The translations under genes and the position numbers were made by a program. This document shows, piece by piece, positions 24,876 through 25,037 of a stretch of DNA of 25,037 nt. The stretch lies in the UHGV virus genome UHGV-0332389. One strand, written 5' to 3'. Numbering within the stretch: position 1 is the first letter of the stretch; each line of letters begins with the position of its first letter. The notes beneath the pieces were generated by a model. The model did not search any database and was not told the origin of the DNA. It saw only the letters and a program-made list of their open reading frames with translations. Origin of the DNA: a virus.

Positions 24876-25037
24876 TTATCTCGTCACCCTTCTCAATTGT
24901 GCTTCAGCGTAAGCTTCCTCCTGCCAGCACTTTGTAACCAGTTTATCAATGACATCTGCATATCCTTTGTACCACTGATAATCCGTCAGGTCTGGTACCA
25001 GCTTCTGGACATGAAGCCGCGCCAGTGTGGTTGGTAA
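24876..25037 (-). CDS. 3' end of a gene running into the window from the right (partial; identity unknown, possibly a late regulator)
   Basis: Open minus-strand frame from the window edge to TAA at 24876-24878; C-terminal 53 aa ...DYQWYKGYADVIDKLVTKCWQEEAYAEAQLRRVTR. Confidence 0.35.
   Translation of the reverse strand, partial: LPTTLARLHVQKLVPDLTDYQWYKGYADVIDKLVTKCWQEEAYAEAQLRRVTR

Larger units (their letters stand above)
1..25037 (-). mobile_element. Prophage late region: HK97-like head module joined to a Mu-like contractile tail module (e14 / SfV-type); ends not in window
   Basis: Contiguous minus-strand array of terminase, portal, protease, capsid, sheath, tube, tape measure, baseplate, tail fibre and invertase genes with overlapping start/stop codons; no integrase or att site seen. 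Confidence 0.85.

Noticed and set aside
1-25037. CRISPR arrays, tRNA or rRNA genes, integrase or att sites
   Set aside because: No regularly spaced direct repeats, no cloverleaf-like conserved tRNA motifs, and no tyrosine-recombinase-like ORF were seen; the prophage ends appear to lie outside the window.

Overview
The window is the late (lysis, packaging, head, tail) region of a prophage, with almost every gene on the minus strand. Reading right to left: a partial upstream gene, a candidate late promoter and terminator, an AT-rich two-gene accessory cassette, the lysis module (two holin-like proteins, GH19 endolysin, Rz with embedded Rz1), an HNH endonuclease, small and large terminase, an HK97-type portal, protease and major capsid, head-tail connectors, and a Mu-like contractile tail (sheath, tube, frameshifted chaperone, tape measure, DNA circulation protein, baseplate gp44 to gp48 homologues). 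The left end carries a tail fibre with an invertible host-range segment and a Pin-family invertase, an arrangement that resembles the tail end of E. coli e14 and SfV-type phages. No integrase or att site is in the window, so the prophage boundaries are not defined. The best candidates for an undescribed system are three AT-rich islands that interrupt the GC-rich structural genes: the two-gene cassette at 23388-24766 with its own promoter, terminator and palindrome, an opposite-strand OB-fold-like membrane protein between tape measure and baseplate genes, and a small two-TM protein after the lysis genes. All family assignments come from reading the translated ORFs and recalling known families; no database search was run.
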